Positions 19,115 through 28,058 of a DNA stretch of 64,000 nt are shown piece by piece. Source of the DNA: Candidatus Rariloculaceae bacterium (GTDB lineage Bacteria; Pseudomonadota; Gammaproteobacteria; Steroidobacterales; Rariloculaceae). The stretch covers positions 325,604 through 389,603 of the forward strand of contig JBJKYL010000017.1 of the NCBI GenBank assembly GCA_045561055.1. Direction: 5' to 3'. The position numbers and the translations under genes are program-made. Under the pieces are notes generated by a model, which made no database searches, was not told where the DNA came from, and worked only from the letters and a program-made list of their open reading frames with translations. How positions within the stretch are numbered: position 1 is the stretch's first letter; every line of letters starts with the position of its first letter.

Positions 19115-19391
19115 CTACGTCTGCGATGATCCGCAGTAAAAGATTTTTATAAAGACTGAAACATCCGAATACGAAGACAATGGATATATAATTACTAACG
19201 ATATTAGTTATTTAAATACAATAACTAGAAAATAGTTTAGATAATAACATCTCATTATTGTTATAACCTTTCCTGAGTACTAAAAGTCACTAATATTGTA
19301 TTGACAATCTAGAAGCCGAAATACCCTCCTAACGCTAGATAGAGACTTTCTGACCTTGTTATTCGAGCAGGCCCATACCATCTACTATTTT

Positions 19392-20894
19392 TTAATTTTG
19401 TAATATAGTCTCGTCATCATTAGCTATTAGCATATCTTCGTTTACGATGTCACCATCGACGTTATGATGCCGCATGATCAGGATAGGCACGTCATCCTGC
19501 AGTTCGGCCGTAACCGTCAGGAATCCCCCAATTACGTTCAGATAACGATGCTCAGGACGAATATCTTCGGGATCCCAGCCCCTAGCGTGCGCATCACTAG
19601 CTGGACCGGTGGCGTACTCCCGTAAACCAGTCCTAGCATCCTCAATTACGTACTGATAGTGGCGATCTCCACTAACAACAATCACGTTATCGTGCATTGA
19701 AAGGAACGCACGCAGTTCTTCTCCTTCATGATAAAAACCATCAAGATTCGTATGATTGTCTATTTCCCCTTCATTATAAGGCCCCAATATAGGGGTCGGA
19801 CTAATCAATACTCGAAAGGCAGCATCGGAAGCGAGAAAAGATTCCATAAACCACGCCTTTTGTTCCGCGCCCCAGATTGTTTTCTCTGGCCCATCAGGAT
19901 CAGTGTTTGCGCTACGATAATCGCGGTTTTCCGTCATCCAGATCTGAAGATTCTGTCCCCAACGAAACGTTCGATAAGTTTTTTCACTCATCGGAACCTG
20001 TTCCAGAAATACAGCCTGCCCCTGCGCAAAGGTGAATTCCCCCATAAATTCACTCTGCATCGTCGGCCAGCTATCATTAGAGAACGTATCGTGATCGTCC
20101 TTCATGAAATAGCTCGCGAGTTGACGATGAAATTCAAAATTTGTCGGTAGACTGAAAATTCGGGCCCAACCCCACCGAGCAAGATCCAGAGTTTTTCCCC
20201 ATTGATCGTAATAAAGGATATCTCCGGTATGTACGAAAAAATCAGGCTGGAGGTCAAGAATAGATGGATATATTTTAAACCCACCTCCCGGAGCGTCCTG
20301 ATCTGGATAAGCTTGACCTGTTGTAGCTGCAAAAACCACTCGAGCGGTCTCATTAGGTAATGGCGCAGTTCTAAACTGGCCATTAATCGACGAACCGACA
20401 TTTGAGCTTCCCAAATGACGTCCTTCCGTAATGACTTCGTAGGGCGTCGCAGACTCGAGGTTCGCAAGAAAAAATTGGTGAGCGAAATCTCGTTCGCTAT
20501 TCACCGATACCCATGGTGTCGAGTGCCATTCAGCACCCATACCCGCTCGATATCGGACCCGTACTTCCCCGGGAGCTCCTGGGACTGCCCCTTCGATATT
20601 ATCGATTGTCGCCCCTTCAGGGTAATTAACAACAGGGACCCAATCTTCAGGAGTTCTGGGCCATATTGGATCTTGAACGAGTTCGCCGGTCTCAGGATGG
20701 ATGTATAACGTATCAGGCACCGCCGCTCCAATACCAACGCGCTCTATTGATCGTGTTAAACGGACCCAGATTATCGCGCTACTATCGGTTATTTCCCCTA
20801 TCTTGATTCCAGTGGCCTGATGAGGACCATCAGTCACCGAAATTCTACAACCAGCTAGTGCATATACCGCAACGAAAAATAATACTGCTCTCAT
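19392..20894 (-). CDS. PhoD-like alkaline phosphatase / metallophosphatase, lipoprotein
   Basis: 500 aa. Lipobox VYALAGC and metallophosphatase motifs FVHTGDILYYD, MKDDHDTFSND and VVSGDRHYQY. Confidence 0.7.
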   Translation of the reverse strand: MRAVLFFVAVYALAGCRISVTDGPHQATGIKIGEITDSSAIIWVRLTRSIERVGIGAAVPDTLYIHPETGELVQDPIWPRTPEDWVPVVNYPEGATIDNIEGAVPGAPGEVRVRYRAGMGAEWHSTPWVSVNSERDFAHQFFLANLESATPYEVITEGRHLGSSNVGSSINGQFRTAPLPNETARVVFAATTGQAYPDQDAPGGGFKIYPSILDLQPDFFVHTGDILYYDQWGKTLDLARWGWARIFSLPTNFEFHRQLASYFMKDDHDTFSNDSWPTMQSEFMGEFTFAQGQAVFLEQVPMSEKTYRTFRWGQNLQIWMTENRDYRSANTDPDGPEKTIWGAEQKAWFMESFLASDAAFRVLISPTPILGPYNEGEIDNHTNLDGFYHEGEELRAFLSMHDNVIVVSGDRHYQYVIEDARTGLREYATGPASDAHARGWDPEDIRPEHRYLNVIGGFLTVTAELQDDVPILIMRHHNVDGDIVNEDMLIANDDETILQN

Positions 20895-21033
20895 AATGCT
20901 ATTTCTCTAATTACATTAGTCTTAGCACTATTATCCATCAACATTAACTAGCAATCATCTAAAAAATCGTAAGGAGCTGTGGCATGCAGCAAGACCTTAT
21001 AAACAGGTCATCTAGGACCTAAATTATGAAGTC

Positions 21034-21348
21034 TTAATGACTTTCTGTTTCGAGATTCTCGAGATACCTCTCATGTCTTTCATCACCAATATCCAGAAGG
21101 ATTTTCCACGATCTCGGGTCCGTTGCGTCCCAAAAAAGAGGATCGTCTGCTAAACGCTCATTAAGAAGCCCCCTTTCATCCATATAGATTCTCGTCGAGG
21201 GTCGATTGGTGTCGGTATAGGAATTATAAAGTGGCCGAAGCTCCGGGCGCGGGTCAGTAAATAGATCATAGGTGAGTTTTGAGTAGACAGGCCTCACATA
21301 AATATCTTGATCATAAAAAATAATTTCACCCTCTATGGTATAACCCAC
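21034..21348 (-). CDS. Hypothetical protein. The frame continues upstream through an in-frame TAG to an ATG at 21429.
   Basis: 104-aa ORF with a GTG start. My translation upstream in the same frame reads MRRPLEEINEENTKFTDNLGTVERY-TAG-RVGYTIEGE... See findings. Confidence 0.4.
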   Translation of the reverse strand: MGYTIEGEIIFYDQDIYVRPVYSKLTYDLFTDPRPELRPLYNSYTDTNRPSTRIYMDERGLLNERLADDPLFWDATDPRSWKILLDIGDERHERYLENLETESH

Positions 21349-21627
21349 ACGCTAATAACGTTCTACCGTTCCAAGGTTATCGGTAAATTTAGTATTTTCT
21401 TCGTTTATTTCTTCTAGGGGTCTGCGCATTTTTGGACGATTTTACGAAACTAAATACTACGATAACTCGATCATAGGCTTTCACGACTTCCAAAAATAAG
21501 TATCACACCTCTTAGATCCCTACTAAAAAATCTTTTCTTGACTTGACCAACCCTTAACTCGGACGATAGGGTAGCCATTCCGCGCGGCCTCAGGCCGATA
21601 TTTATATACGAAGCAGGAAAAACACAC

Positions 21628-22017
21628 ATGAAACCAGGCACATCCCTTAAGCTCACATCACTTCTTTCTCTCTTAGCTATCGGCTGTATTGGAATGGTCG
21701 GAGCTCAATCTCAGGAGCCGTCTAGACTCGCCCGACTAACAGACGCTGCTGGCTGCACATCACCTGACATACCTAACGTACCGGAGGCCGACAGTGCAAC
21801 GATGGAACAAATGGTTGCCGCCCAAGGAGCGATTCAAGGTTATATGGCAGAAAGTAATCAGCTACTCGAGTGTCTCGATGAAATATCTGGGGATGAGGAC
21901 CTACCCGATGAAGACCGTCAACTCGCGATTGAAAGTTATAATAACGTGGTAGACGACCAGGAAACGCTAGCAGAGGCCTGGAATGTTCAACGCACTCTCT
22001 TTATGGAAAATCAGTAG
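21628..22017 (+). CDS. Small secreted acidic hypothetical protein
   Basis: 129 aa. The signal peptide ends ...GMVGA|QSQ; acidic, helical-looking remainder. No family recognised. Confidence 0.5.
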   Translation: MKPGTSLKLTSLLSLLAIGCIGMVGAQSQEPSRLARLTDAAGCTSPDIPNVPEADSATMEQMVAAQGAIQGYMAESNQLLECLDEISGDEDLPDEDRQLAIESYNNVVDDQETLAEAWNVQRTLFMENQ

Positions 22018-22257
22018 AAGCTGTTAATCAGGATGTGAATCCTACACATTGGTTGCACAATCACAATTGAGGTAGACAGATTTAGACTCTAGGATCAGGC
22101 ATGTAAGGAGTTAGTGGAGCTAGCTTTCAACATCATTTATTGACCTATCAGCTAAATAATTTAGGGTAACTCCGAAAAAGTGATCTTCGCCTGTTGATAG
22201 CGGATGATGATTAACTGCGGTAAGAAGAAAAACTTCTAGCAGCATTTAAAGCTCATC

Positions 22258-23061
22258 TCAGAATCCGCTACATTCGATTGCTGGGACACCATATCGCCGG
22301 GTACGAGCTGTTCCCGTGCAAGGGATGGTTTTCCCTAACTGCTCGATTTCCCTAAACTCCTCAGCGGTATAGCATTGCTCTGTCGGGATAATGGTAGCGG
22401 CAGTATTCGCCGTCTCGCAGAGCCTCTCGTCGGGAGCAGTCGCTTGTTGTATCGCTGCCTGCAACAAATGCCAATTTTCAGGAATAATCCCCCCAGTAAC
22501 CGCCCGCACTTCTAGCGCACGATTTAGTGCCGTAAGCGCACTGGAAAAATTATCAAGCTCAAAGTACGCACTAGCTTCTAGAAAGGCGAGCTCATCACTC
22601 CGATCATCGCATTCTGTTTCCGACACATGCCTCAGTAAGAGAACGTAGCGTCCCTGTCGCAGATATACAATCCCAAGCCTTATCACAGCGCCTTGCCTTA
22701 CTTGCGTTTGAAGCCCAGTTATTCCTAGAACGTTCTGGTAAGCATTTTCGGCAGCAGAAAAGTCCTCACTCAACGAAGCTATGTCTCCACGTACCATTAG
22801 AAATGCACCGAGAGCGGTCGGATCGAGGTCAGCTTGCGTTAAATCACCGATTACGACTTCGGCGCAAACTAAATCCAATATCTCGAGGCATCGTCGTGCA
22901 TTTCGGAGTATATCGATGATCTCTTCATCGATAAGGGAGGGTAAGGACATAGGTGTGGGAGAATCGTAACGAACTGGACAGTCAAGCCCTAGCGAAGGGG
23001 ATTGTCCTAGACAGGTCGCAGACGAAAAAAACGCAACTAAAAAAACCTGCCAACTCCGCAT
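22258..23061 (-). CDS. Secreted hypothetical protein (helical-repeat-like, Cys-rich C-terminus)
   Basis: Track ORF is 22258..23151. I prefer ATG 23061 (MRSWQVFLVAFFSSATCLG), which has a GGAGA Shine-Dalgarno and a signal peptide. Confidence 0.5.
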   Translation of the reverse strand: MRSWQVFLVAFFSSATCLGQSPSLGLDCPVRYDSPTPMSLPSLIDEEIIDILRNARRCLEILDLVCAEVVIGDLTQADLDPTALGAFLMVRGDIASLSEDFSAAENAYQNVLGITGLQTQVRQGAVIRLGIVYLRQGRYVLLLRHVSETECDDRSDELAFLEASAYFELDNFSSALTALNRALEVRAVTGGIIPENWHLLQAAIQQATAPDERLCETANTAATIIPTEQCYTAEEFREIEQLGKTIPCTGTARTRRYGVPAIECSGF

Positions 23062-23302
23062 CTTATTCTCCAGTATATGACCTCTATCTAGATCATAACG
23101 CATACAAAAACATAGGAGACACAAATCCTCAACAACATAATCCTGAAGCAATGATTTTTATCATATTAGAATCTCAAGCCATTGAAATAAATCTAATTTA
23201 AGGTTGTATTAACCCTTCGGCATCAGAGCTGGCTTAATATTCGGATTGAACCAACTAAGGGTCATAGGAATGAATGATAGACAGCGATTCCCTGCACAAA
23301 AA

Positions 23303-23378
23303 TGGAGCGACTGAACGGGTTCGAACCGTCGACCTGTACCTTGGCAAGGTACCGCTCTACCAGCTGAGCTACAGTCGC
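23303..23378 (-). tRNA. glyW: tRNA-Gly (anticodon GCC), encoded CCA
   Basis: Reverse complement reads GCGACTGTAGCTCAGCTGGTAGAGCGGTACCTTGCCAAGGTACAGGTCGACGGTTCGAACCCGTTCAGTCGCTCCA. Anticodon stem GTACC/GGTAC, loop TTGCCAA. Confidence 0.93.
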
Positions 23379-23447
23379 AATTATTGAGTTATCACCGTAA
23401 TCGGGACGAGTATTTTACCGCCCGAAACTACAATAGAGCAATTAGCG

Positions 23448-24008
23448 CTAATCGTCTCTAAGGAGTGTTGGCCAAGCCGCTCGCAAATAGTCGAACATAG
23501 ACCAAAGGGTTAGTACGACAGCAACGAGCAGTAGCAACGTGCCGAGGCCGTATAAAGGCAAGCCAAAAAATGGTTGCTCATAAAGCATGAAGCTAACACC
23601 GAAAATCTGTAATGCGGTCTTCCACTTCGAAAAATATGTGACTGATACTTGAGATCTTTCACCCTCCTCCGACATCCATTCCCGCAACGCTGATACCGTG
23701 ATCTCCCTGCCAATGATTACGGCCGAGATTAAAGACATAAGGATGGTCGGGTCACTCTGCACGAGTAGTACGAGTGCTGTCGCGACGATGAGTTTATCGG
23801 CAACCGGATCAAGAAAGGCCCCGAATTTCGTTGTCTGATTGAGCCGACGAGCTAGATAGCCATCAAACCAATCTGTAATACCTGCTAATCCAAAAAGAAT
23901 CCCAGCCGCTGGTCTTGCCCAATCGATCGGCAGATAGAACACGAATACCACAAGCGGAATAGCCAGTATCCGAAAGAACGTAAGAGCATTAGGAATCGTA
24001 AAACGCAT
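23448..24008 (-). CDS. pgsA: CDP-diacylglycerol--glycerol-3-phosphate 3-phosphatidyltransferase
   Basis: 186 aa with the CDP-alcohol phosphatidyltransferase motif DGYLARRLNQTTKFGAFLDPVADKL. Directly downstream of uvrC, as in E. coli. Confidence 0.93.
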   Translation of the reverse strand: MRFTIPNALTFFRILAIPLVVFVFYLPIDWARPAAGILFGLAGITDWFDGYLARRLNQTTKFGAFLDPVADKLIVATALVLLVQSDPTILMSLISAVIIGREITVSALREWMSEEGERSQVSVTYFSKWKTALQIFGVSFMLYEQPFFGLPLYGLGTLLLLVAVVLTLWSMFDYLRAAWPTLLRDD

Positions 24009-24010
24009 CT

Positions 24011-25849
24011 TTAATCCGCATGAAAATATTCGTAAATTGATGTGGCAAGGCGACCTGAGATTCCATTTACACGTATTAAGTCGTCAACGCTAGCACGGCT
24101 TACTGCTTGCAATCCACCAAACTGTCGTAATAACTCTCTGCGCCGCTTCGGCCCAAGACCTTTTATGTCCTCTAGTGGAGACGACGATTGCTGACGCAGT
24201 CGGCGTCCTCGATGTCCTGTAATTGCGAAGCGATGGGCCTCATCACGAAGCCGTTGTATAAGATGCAGAGCGTTCGAGGAGGGCGCAAGTTTTATTGGCT
24301 GCGCTAACTCTGGAAGATAAAGCTTTTCGCGACCAGACTGACGCCCCTGCCCTTTCGCTACTCCTATAACCTGCACACCATTTAATTGTAGTTCTTCTAT
24401 GATCCCGAAAGCCCTATTAAGTTGCCCACGACCACCGTCAACCACTAGCACATCTGGTATGGGCGCTTCGCCTTTCTTTACTCGGGCATACCTTCTCTGC
24501 ACGGCTTGAGCCAGCGCCGCATAATCGTCTCCGCTAGTTACACCCGAAATATTGAAACGTCGATAATCCGCTTTAATAGGCCCTTCCGGACCGAAAACTA
24601 CGCACGATGCAACGGTCGCTTTACCATCCGTATGACTTACGTCAAAACACTCCAGACGCTGCGGCACCTCGTCTAGCCGGAGCGCCGCTGTTAGTGCTTC
24701 CAACTGTTTCGTGATTCTCATCTCAGATTTCTGCCGGATCGCAGCACCATGCCGTGCGTTGGTCTCGGCCATAGCTAGCCAACGCGCACGATCACCCCGA
24801 ACTCTTGATTTAATCAACACACGATGCCCCGCATTCTGTCCAAGCATTGCTGCAAAAGTCTGGGCTTCGGGTACCGCCTGATTAACGATGATCTCCCGTG
24901 GAGCCTCACGACCACCGTAATACTGCAAGAGAAATGCCCGAATCACTTCGTCGTCTTTCGATTCCGCCATTGTCCGTGGAAAATAATTTCGGCTACCAAG
25001 TAATCGACCAGCACGAAAATACATAACCGCAATGCAATAAATACCGTGTTCAAATACGATACCGACGATATCAAAATCTCCGCTGTCACGTGAAACAAGC
25101 TGTTGGGATTCAACGGCCTTTAACTGTGCGACCTGATCTCGATATTGCGCCGCGAGCTCATAATCCTGCTTGTCGGAGGCCTTCCCCATCCGTTCGACTA
25201 AACTCGCGGTGACCTTTTTGCTACGCCCACGCAGAAAAAGCATTGCGTCCTCAACATCGGACCCGTAATCAGATTTGGAGACCTGCCCAACGCAAGGTGC
25301 CGTGCATCGTTGTATCTGATACTGGAGGCAGGGCCGAGAACGGTTAGAATAATAACTGTCCTCACATAATCTTAGTCGAAATAATTTCTGTAACTGACCT
25401 ATTGTCTCGCGCACAGATCCGGCGCTTGGATAAGGACCAAATAAACGACCGCTCTTCTTACGCTTTCCGCGATACATAGATAGTCGCGGGTAGGGGTGGT
25501 CAGTACTGACGTGTATATATGGATAACTCTTGTCGTCACTCAAAAGAACATTGAAACGAGGCTTGTGTTGTTTGATCAAATTGTATTCAAGAATCAAAGC
25601 CTCTGTTTCTGTACGCGTAACGGTAACCTCAACGCTCTCGACTCGCTTCAACATCGCCATCGTTTTGTTGTCGTGGGAACGACCCTGAAAGTAGCTGCCC
25701 ACTCGGCGCCGAAGGTCTTTCGCTTTACCCACATAAATTACGCGATGCTCGCCATCTAACATCTGATATGTGCCAGGCTTATGCGTCAAATTTTTCAGTA
25801 AAGGCCCGGCGTCGAATCCGCTCGATGAAGTATCCCTCTCTGAATTCAT
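24011..25849 (-). CDS. uvrC: Excinuclease ABC subunit C
   Basis: 612 aa. GIY-YIG N-terminus (PGTYQMLDGEHRVIYVGKAKDLRRRV), UvrBC-interaction region and a C-terminal (HhH)2 (IKGLGPKRRRELLRQFGG). Confidence 0.95.
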   Translation of the reverse strand: MNSERDTSSSGFDAGPLLKNLTHKPGTYQMLDGEHRVIYVGKAKDLRRRVGSYFQGRSHDNKTMAMLKRVESVEVTVTRTETEALILEYNLIKQHKPRFNVLLSDDKSYPYIHVSTDHPYPRLSMYRGKRKKSGRLFGPYPSAGSVRETIGQLQKLFRLRLCEDSYYSNRSRPCLQYQIQRCTAPCVGQVSKSDYGSDVEDAMLFLRGRSKKVTASLVERMGKASDKQDYELAAQYRDQVAQLKAVESQQLVSRDSGDFDIVGIVFEHGIYCIAVMYFRAGRLLGSRNYFPRTMAESKDDEVIRAFLLQYYGGREAPREIIVNQAVPEAQTFAAMLGQNAGHRVLIKSRVRGDRARWLAMAETNARHGAAIRQKSEMRITKQLEALTAALRLDEVPQRLECFDVSHTDGKATVASCVVFGPEGPIKADYRRFNISGVTSGDDYAALAQAVQRRYARVKKGEAPIPDVLVVDGGRGQLNRAFGIIEELQLNGVQVIGVAKGQGRQSGREKLYLPELAQPIKLAPSSNALHLIQRLRDEAHRFAITGHRGRRLRQQSSSPLEDIKGLGPKRRRELLRQFGGLQAVSRASVDDLIRVNGISGRLATSIYEYFHAD

Positions 25850-26493
25850 GGGACGATACCCGCAAGATCTCTCGCCGTGGCAACCGCCTCGCGAAACATA
25901 TCCGCTGTCAGTCGGCGCGTCTGCGTGTTGTAACGGCTACAGTGATAGGAATCCACAAGCTTACGGCCGTCACCGATATCATGTACCGCACCATGGCCGA
26001 ACCCAAATTTGCTCTGCTTTAGATTCAATGCCTTAAGTATGGAACGATGGGCTATTCCACCGAGAGCTAACAACACAGCATTTTCCGGCAACCCTTCTAG
26101 CTCATTTGCAAGATAGCTATTACAGGTTCCAATTTCCAAGGTTGTGGGCTTGTTCTGCGGAGGTAGACATTTTACCGCGTTCGTAATACGGCAACCGACA
26201 AGTATTAGCCCGTCATCAGCGGCGGTAGATATCGGTTTGCTCGAAAGCCCAAGTTCGTGCAACGTCTCGTAAAGTAGAATGCCAGCAAAGTCACCTGTAA
26301 AGGGCCGTCCTGACGCGTTCGCACCGTGCTTCCCCGGTGCGAGCCCAACAATCAGCAGCCTAGCGTCGGGATCTCCGAACGCTGGTACCGGCGCGTTCCA
26401 GTAATCTGGATAATCGCCGCGCAAACCGGACAAAAAGGCCACAAGCCGTGGACAATGGCTGCAATTAGGATCGAAATAGCTCGTGCCAGTCAA
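25846..26493 (-). CDS. Uracil-DNA glycosylase superfamily protein (family 4/5-like)
   Basis: 215 aa with LLIVGLAPGKHGANASGRPFTGD and a late SYHCSRYN motif. ATGA overlap with the uvrC start. Confidence 0.7.
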   Translation of the reverse strand: MTGTSYFDPNCSHCPRLVAFLSGLRGDYPDYWNAPVPAFGDPDARLLIVGLAPGKHGANASGRPFTGDFAGILLYETLHELGLSSKPISTAADDGLILVGCRITNAVKCLPPQNKPTTLEIGTCNSYLANELEGLPENAVLLALGGIAHRSILKALNLKQSKFGFGHGAVHDIGDGRKLVDSYHCSRYNTQTRRLTADMFREAVATARDLAGIVP

Positions 26494-26597
26494 AGTTCAG
26501 TCCGCGATGAGAGTATCTCTCCTATGCCCCAATTCGATCGTTTACCGTATAAGAACGATCAGCTTATTAGTATGACTTTCCGAGAATCGCCGCGCTC

Positions 26598-27977
26598 CTA
26601 AAGTCCACCCTGAGAACGAACGTGACCGGCGATCAGCATCGCAATCTCCATAGCCTGCTCATAGTTGAGGCGAGGATCGACTTGGGACTTGTACGCTCGC
26701 CCTAAATCCTCTTCTTTAAGACCGCGAGCGCCTCCGATACATTCGGTGACATTCTCACCCGTCAGTTCAAGATGCACGCCACCGAGATAGCTGTCCATCT
26801 CTTGATGAATTCGAAAGGCTGATTTAAGTTCCCCAAGAATATTGTCGAACCGACGTGTCTTATATCCCTCGGCCGTAGATTCTGTATTGCCATGCATAGG
26901 ATCGCAAACCCAGAGTACGCGTGATCCTGCCGCGCGCGCAGCCTGAATGACCCGCGGTAGGTGCTCCTCAACATCGTTCGCCCCGAAACGGGTAATCAAT
27001 GTTAGTCGACCAGGTTCATTTTCAGGATTTAAAATATTAATCAATTCTTGCAAATGATCGTCCGTGAATCCGGTCCCGACCTTAATGCTCATTGGATTCG
27101 AGATTCCACGAAAGTATTCGACATGTGCGCCGTCTATGGCAGCGGTGCGCATCCCTATCCAAGGATAATGCGTAGTCAGATCGTACCAACGCTCACGATG
27201 GTCGAGATAGCGCGTCTGAGCCTGTTCGTATGGAAGATGCAAACCTTCGTGCGAGGTATAAAATTCCACTCGTTTTGTGCGCAGCGAGTTACCCATCACG
27301 GACTCAAAAAAACCGAGAGAATCCGATACCGAGTCAACAAGTTTTTGATATTCCGATGCCAATGGTGATTCGCTGACGAAATTTAAATCCCAATTTTCTG
27401 GATGGTGTAGATCTGCAAATCCGCCGTCTATGAGCGAACGGACAAAATTCAATGTCAATGCTGCACGCTCGTAACCGCGCAACATCAACTTCGGATTAGG
27501 CTCACGATCTTCGGACGTAAAGGGAAGTCGATTTACTAGATCGCCGCGGTAGCTTGGAAGTGAAACACCATCAAGAGTTTCCTGATCCGCACTACGAGGC
27601 TTGGCATACTGACCCGCCATACGCCCTACCCTAATGACGGGCTTATGTAAGCCTGTTACGAGGACCAGGGACATCTGCAACAAAATTTTTAGCTTCTGGA
27701 CCACATTTTCCGAGGTACACTCGGCGTAGTTCTCCGAACAGTCACCGCCTTGCAACAAAAACGCCTCACCAAGCTGGGCAGCAGCCAGATGCTCCTTGAG
27801 TGCCTCAATTTCCCACGAGGTAACTAGTGGCGGCAAACTATTTAGTTCATTAATAGTTGCCTCAAGCAACCCAGTGTCCTTATAAATGGGCTGCTGACTG
27901 GCTTCATACTGCTGCCAGCTAGCCGGATGCCAATCCGTTGAAATGTTGCTCTGAGACATAGGGCCGGGACTATACAA
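26598..27977 (-). CDS. Class II (plant-like) 3-deoxy-7-phosphoheptulonate (DAHP) synthase
   Basis: 459 aa. N-terminal WHPASWQQYEASQQPIYKD, ...RMAGQYAKPRS... and CDPMHGNT are characteristic of class II DAHPS. Confidence 0.88.
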   Translation of the reverse strand: MYSPGPMSQSNISTDWHPASWQQYEASQQPIYKDTGLLEATINELNSLPPLVTSWEIEALKEHLAAAQLGEAFLLQGGDCSENYAECTSENVVQKLKILLQMSLVLVTGLHKPVIRVGRMAGQYAKPRSADQETLDGVSLPSYRGDLVNRLPFTSEDREPNPKLMLRGYERAALTLNFVRSLIDGGFADLHHPENWDLNFVSESPLASEYQKLVDSVSDSLGFFESVMGNSLRTKRVEFYTSHEGLHLPYEQAQTRYLDHRERWYDLTTHYPWIGMRTAAIDGAHVEYFRGISNPMSIKVGTGFTDDHLQELINILNPENEPGRLTLITRFGANDVEEHLPRVIQAARAAGSRVLWVCDPMHGNTESTAEGYKTRRFDNILGELKSAFRIHQEMDSYLGGVHLELTGENVTECIGGARGLKEEDLGRAYKSQVDPRLNYEQAMEIAMLIAGHVRSQGGL

Positions 27978-28058
27978 ACCTCCACTTCACAGTGCAAAGA
28001 TATTATCCTAAGTTTCTGATATTACGGCGCTAGATATAATCCTGTTATTATTATAGAT

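Noticed and set aside
19115-19391. 277-bp very AT-rich convergent spacer between the FGE-domain and PhoD-like genes, examined for sRNA, terminator or repeat structure
   Set aside because: I found only imperfect short inverted repeats, with no convincing hairpin plus U-tract or ORF. Noted only as a compositional oddity.
20984-21022. 12-codon mini-ORF (MQQDLINRSSRT) with a strong AAGGAG Shine-Dalgarno
   Set aside because: It is too short and has no downstream gene on that strand to regulate. It is probably a chance occurrence in an AT-rich spacer.
23231-23260. T-loop-like sequence GGTTCAATCCGA...GCCA (minus strand) about 45-70 nt downstream of tRNA-Gly, which could be a decayed tRNA or att remnant
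   Set aside because: I could not fold a T-stem or acceptor stem around it in any register, and no cloverleaf can be drawn. The similarity is limited to about 10 nt.
9390-23302. Classical integrative genomic island inserted at a tRNA
   Set aside because: No integrase, excisionase or transposase ORF, and no direct repeat of the tRNA-Gly 3' end found by eye at the far boundary. I kept it only as a 'split tRNA operon / old insertion' observation.
25496-26036. Plus-strand ORFs 25496..25759, 25768..26022 and 25770..26036
   Set aside because: They are antisense to uvrC and the UDG-family gene, both of which have strong family motifs.
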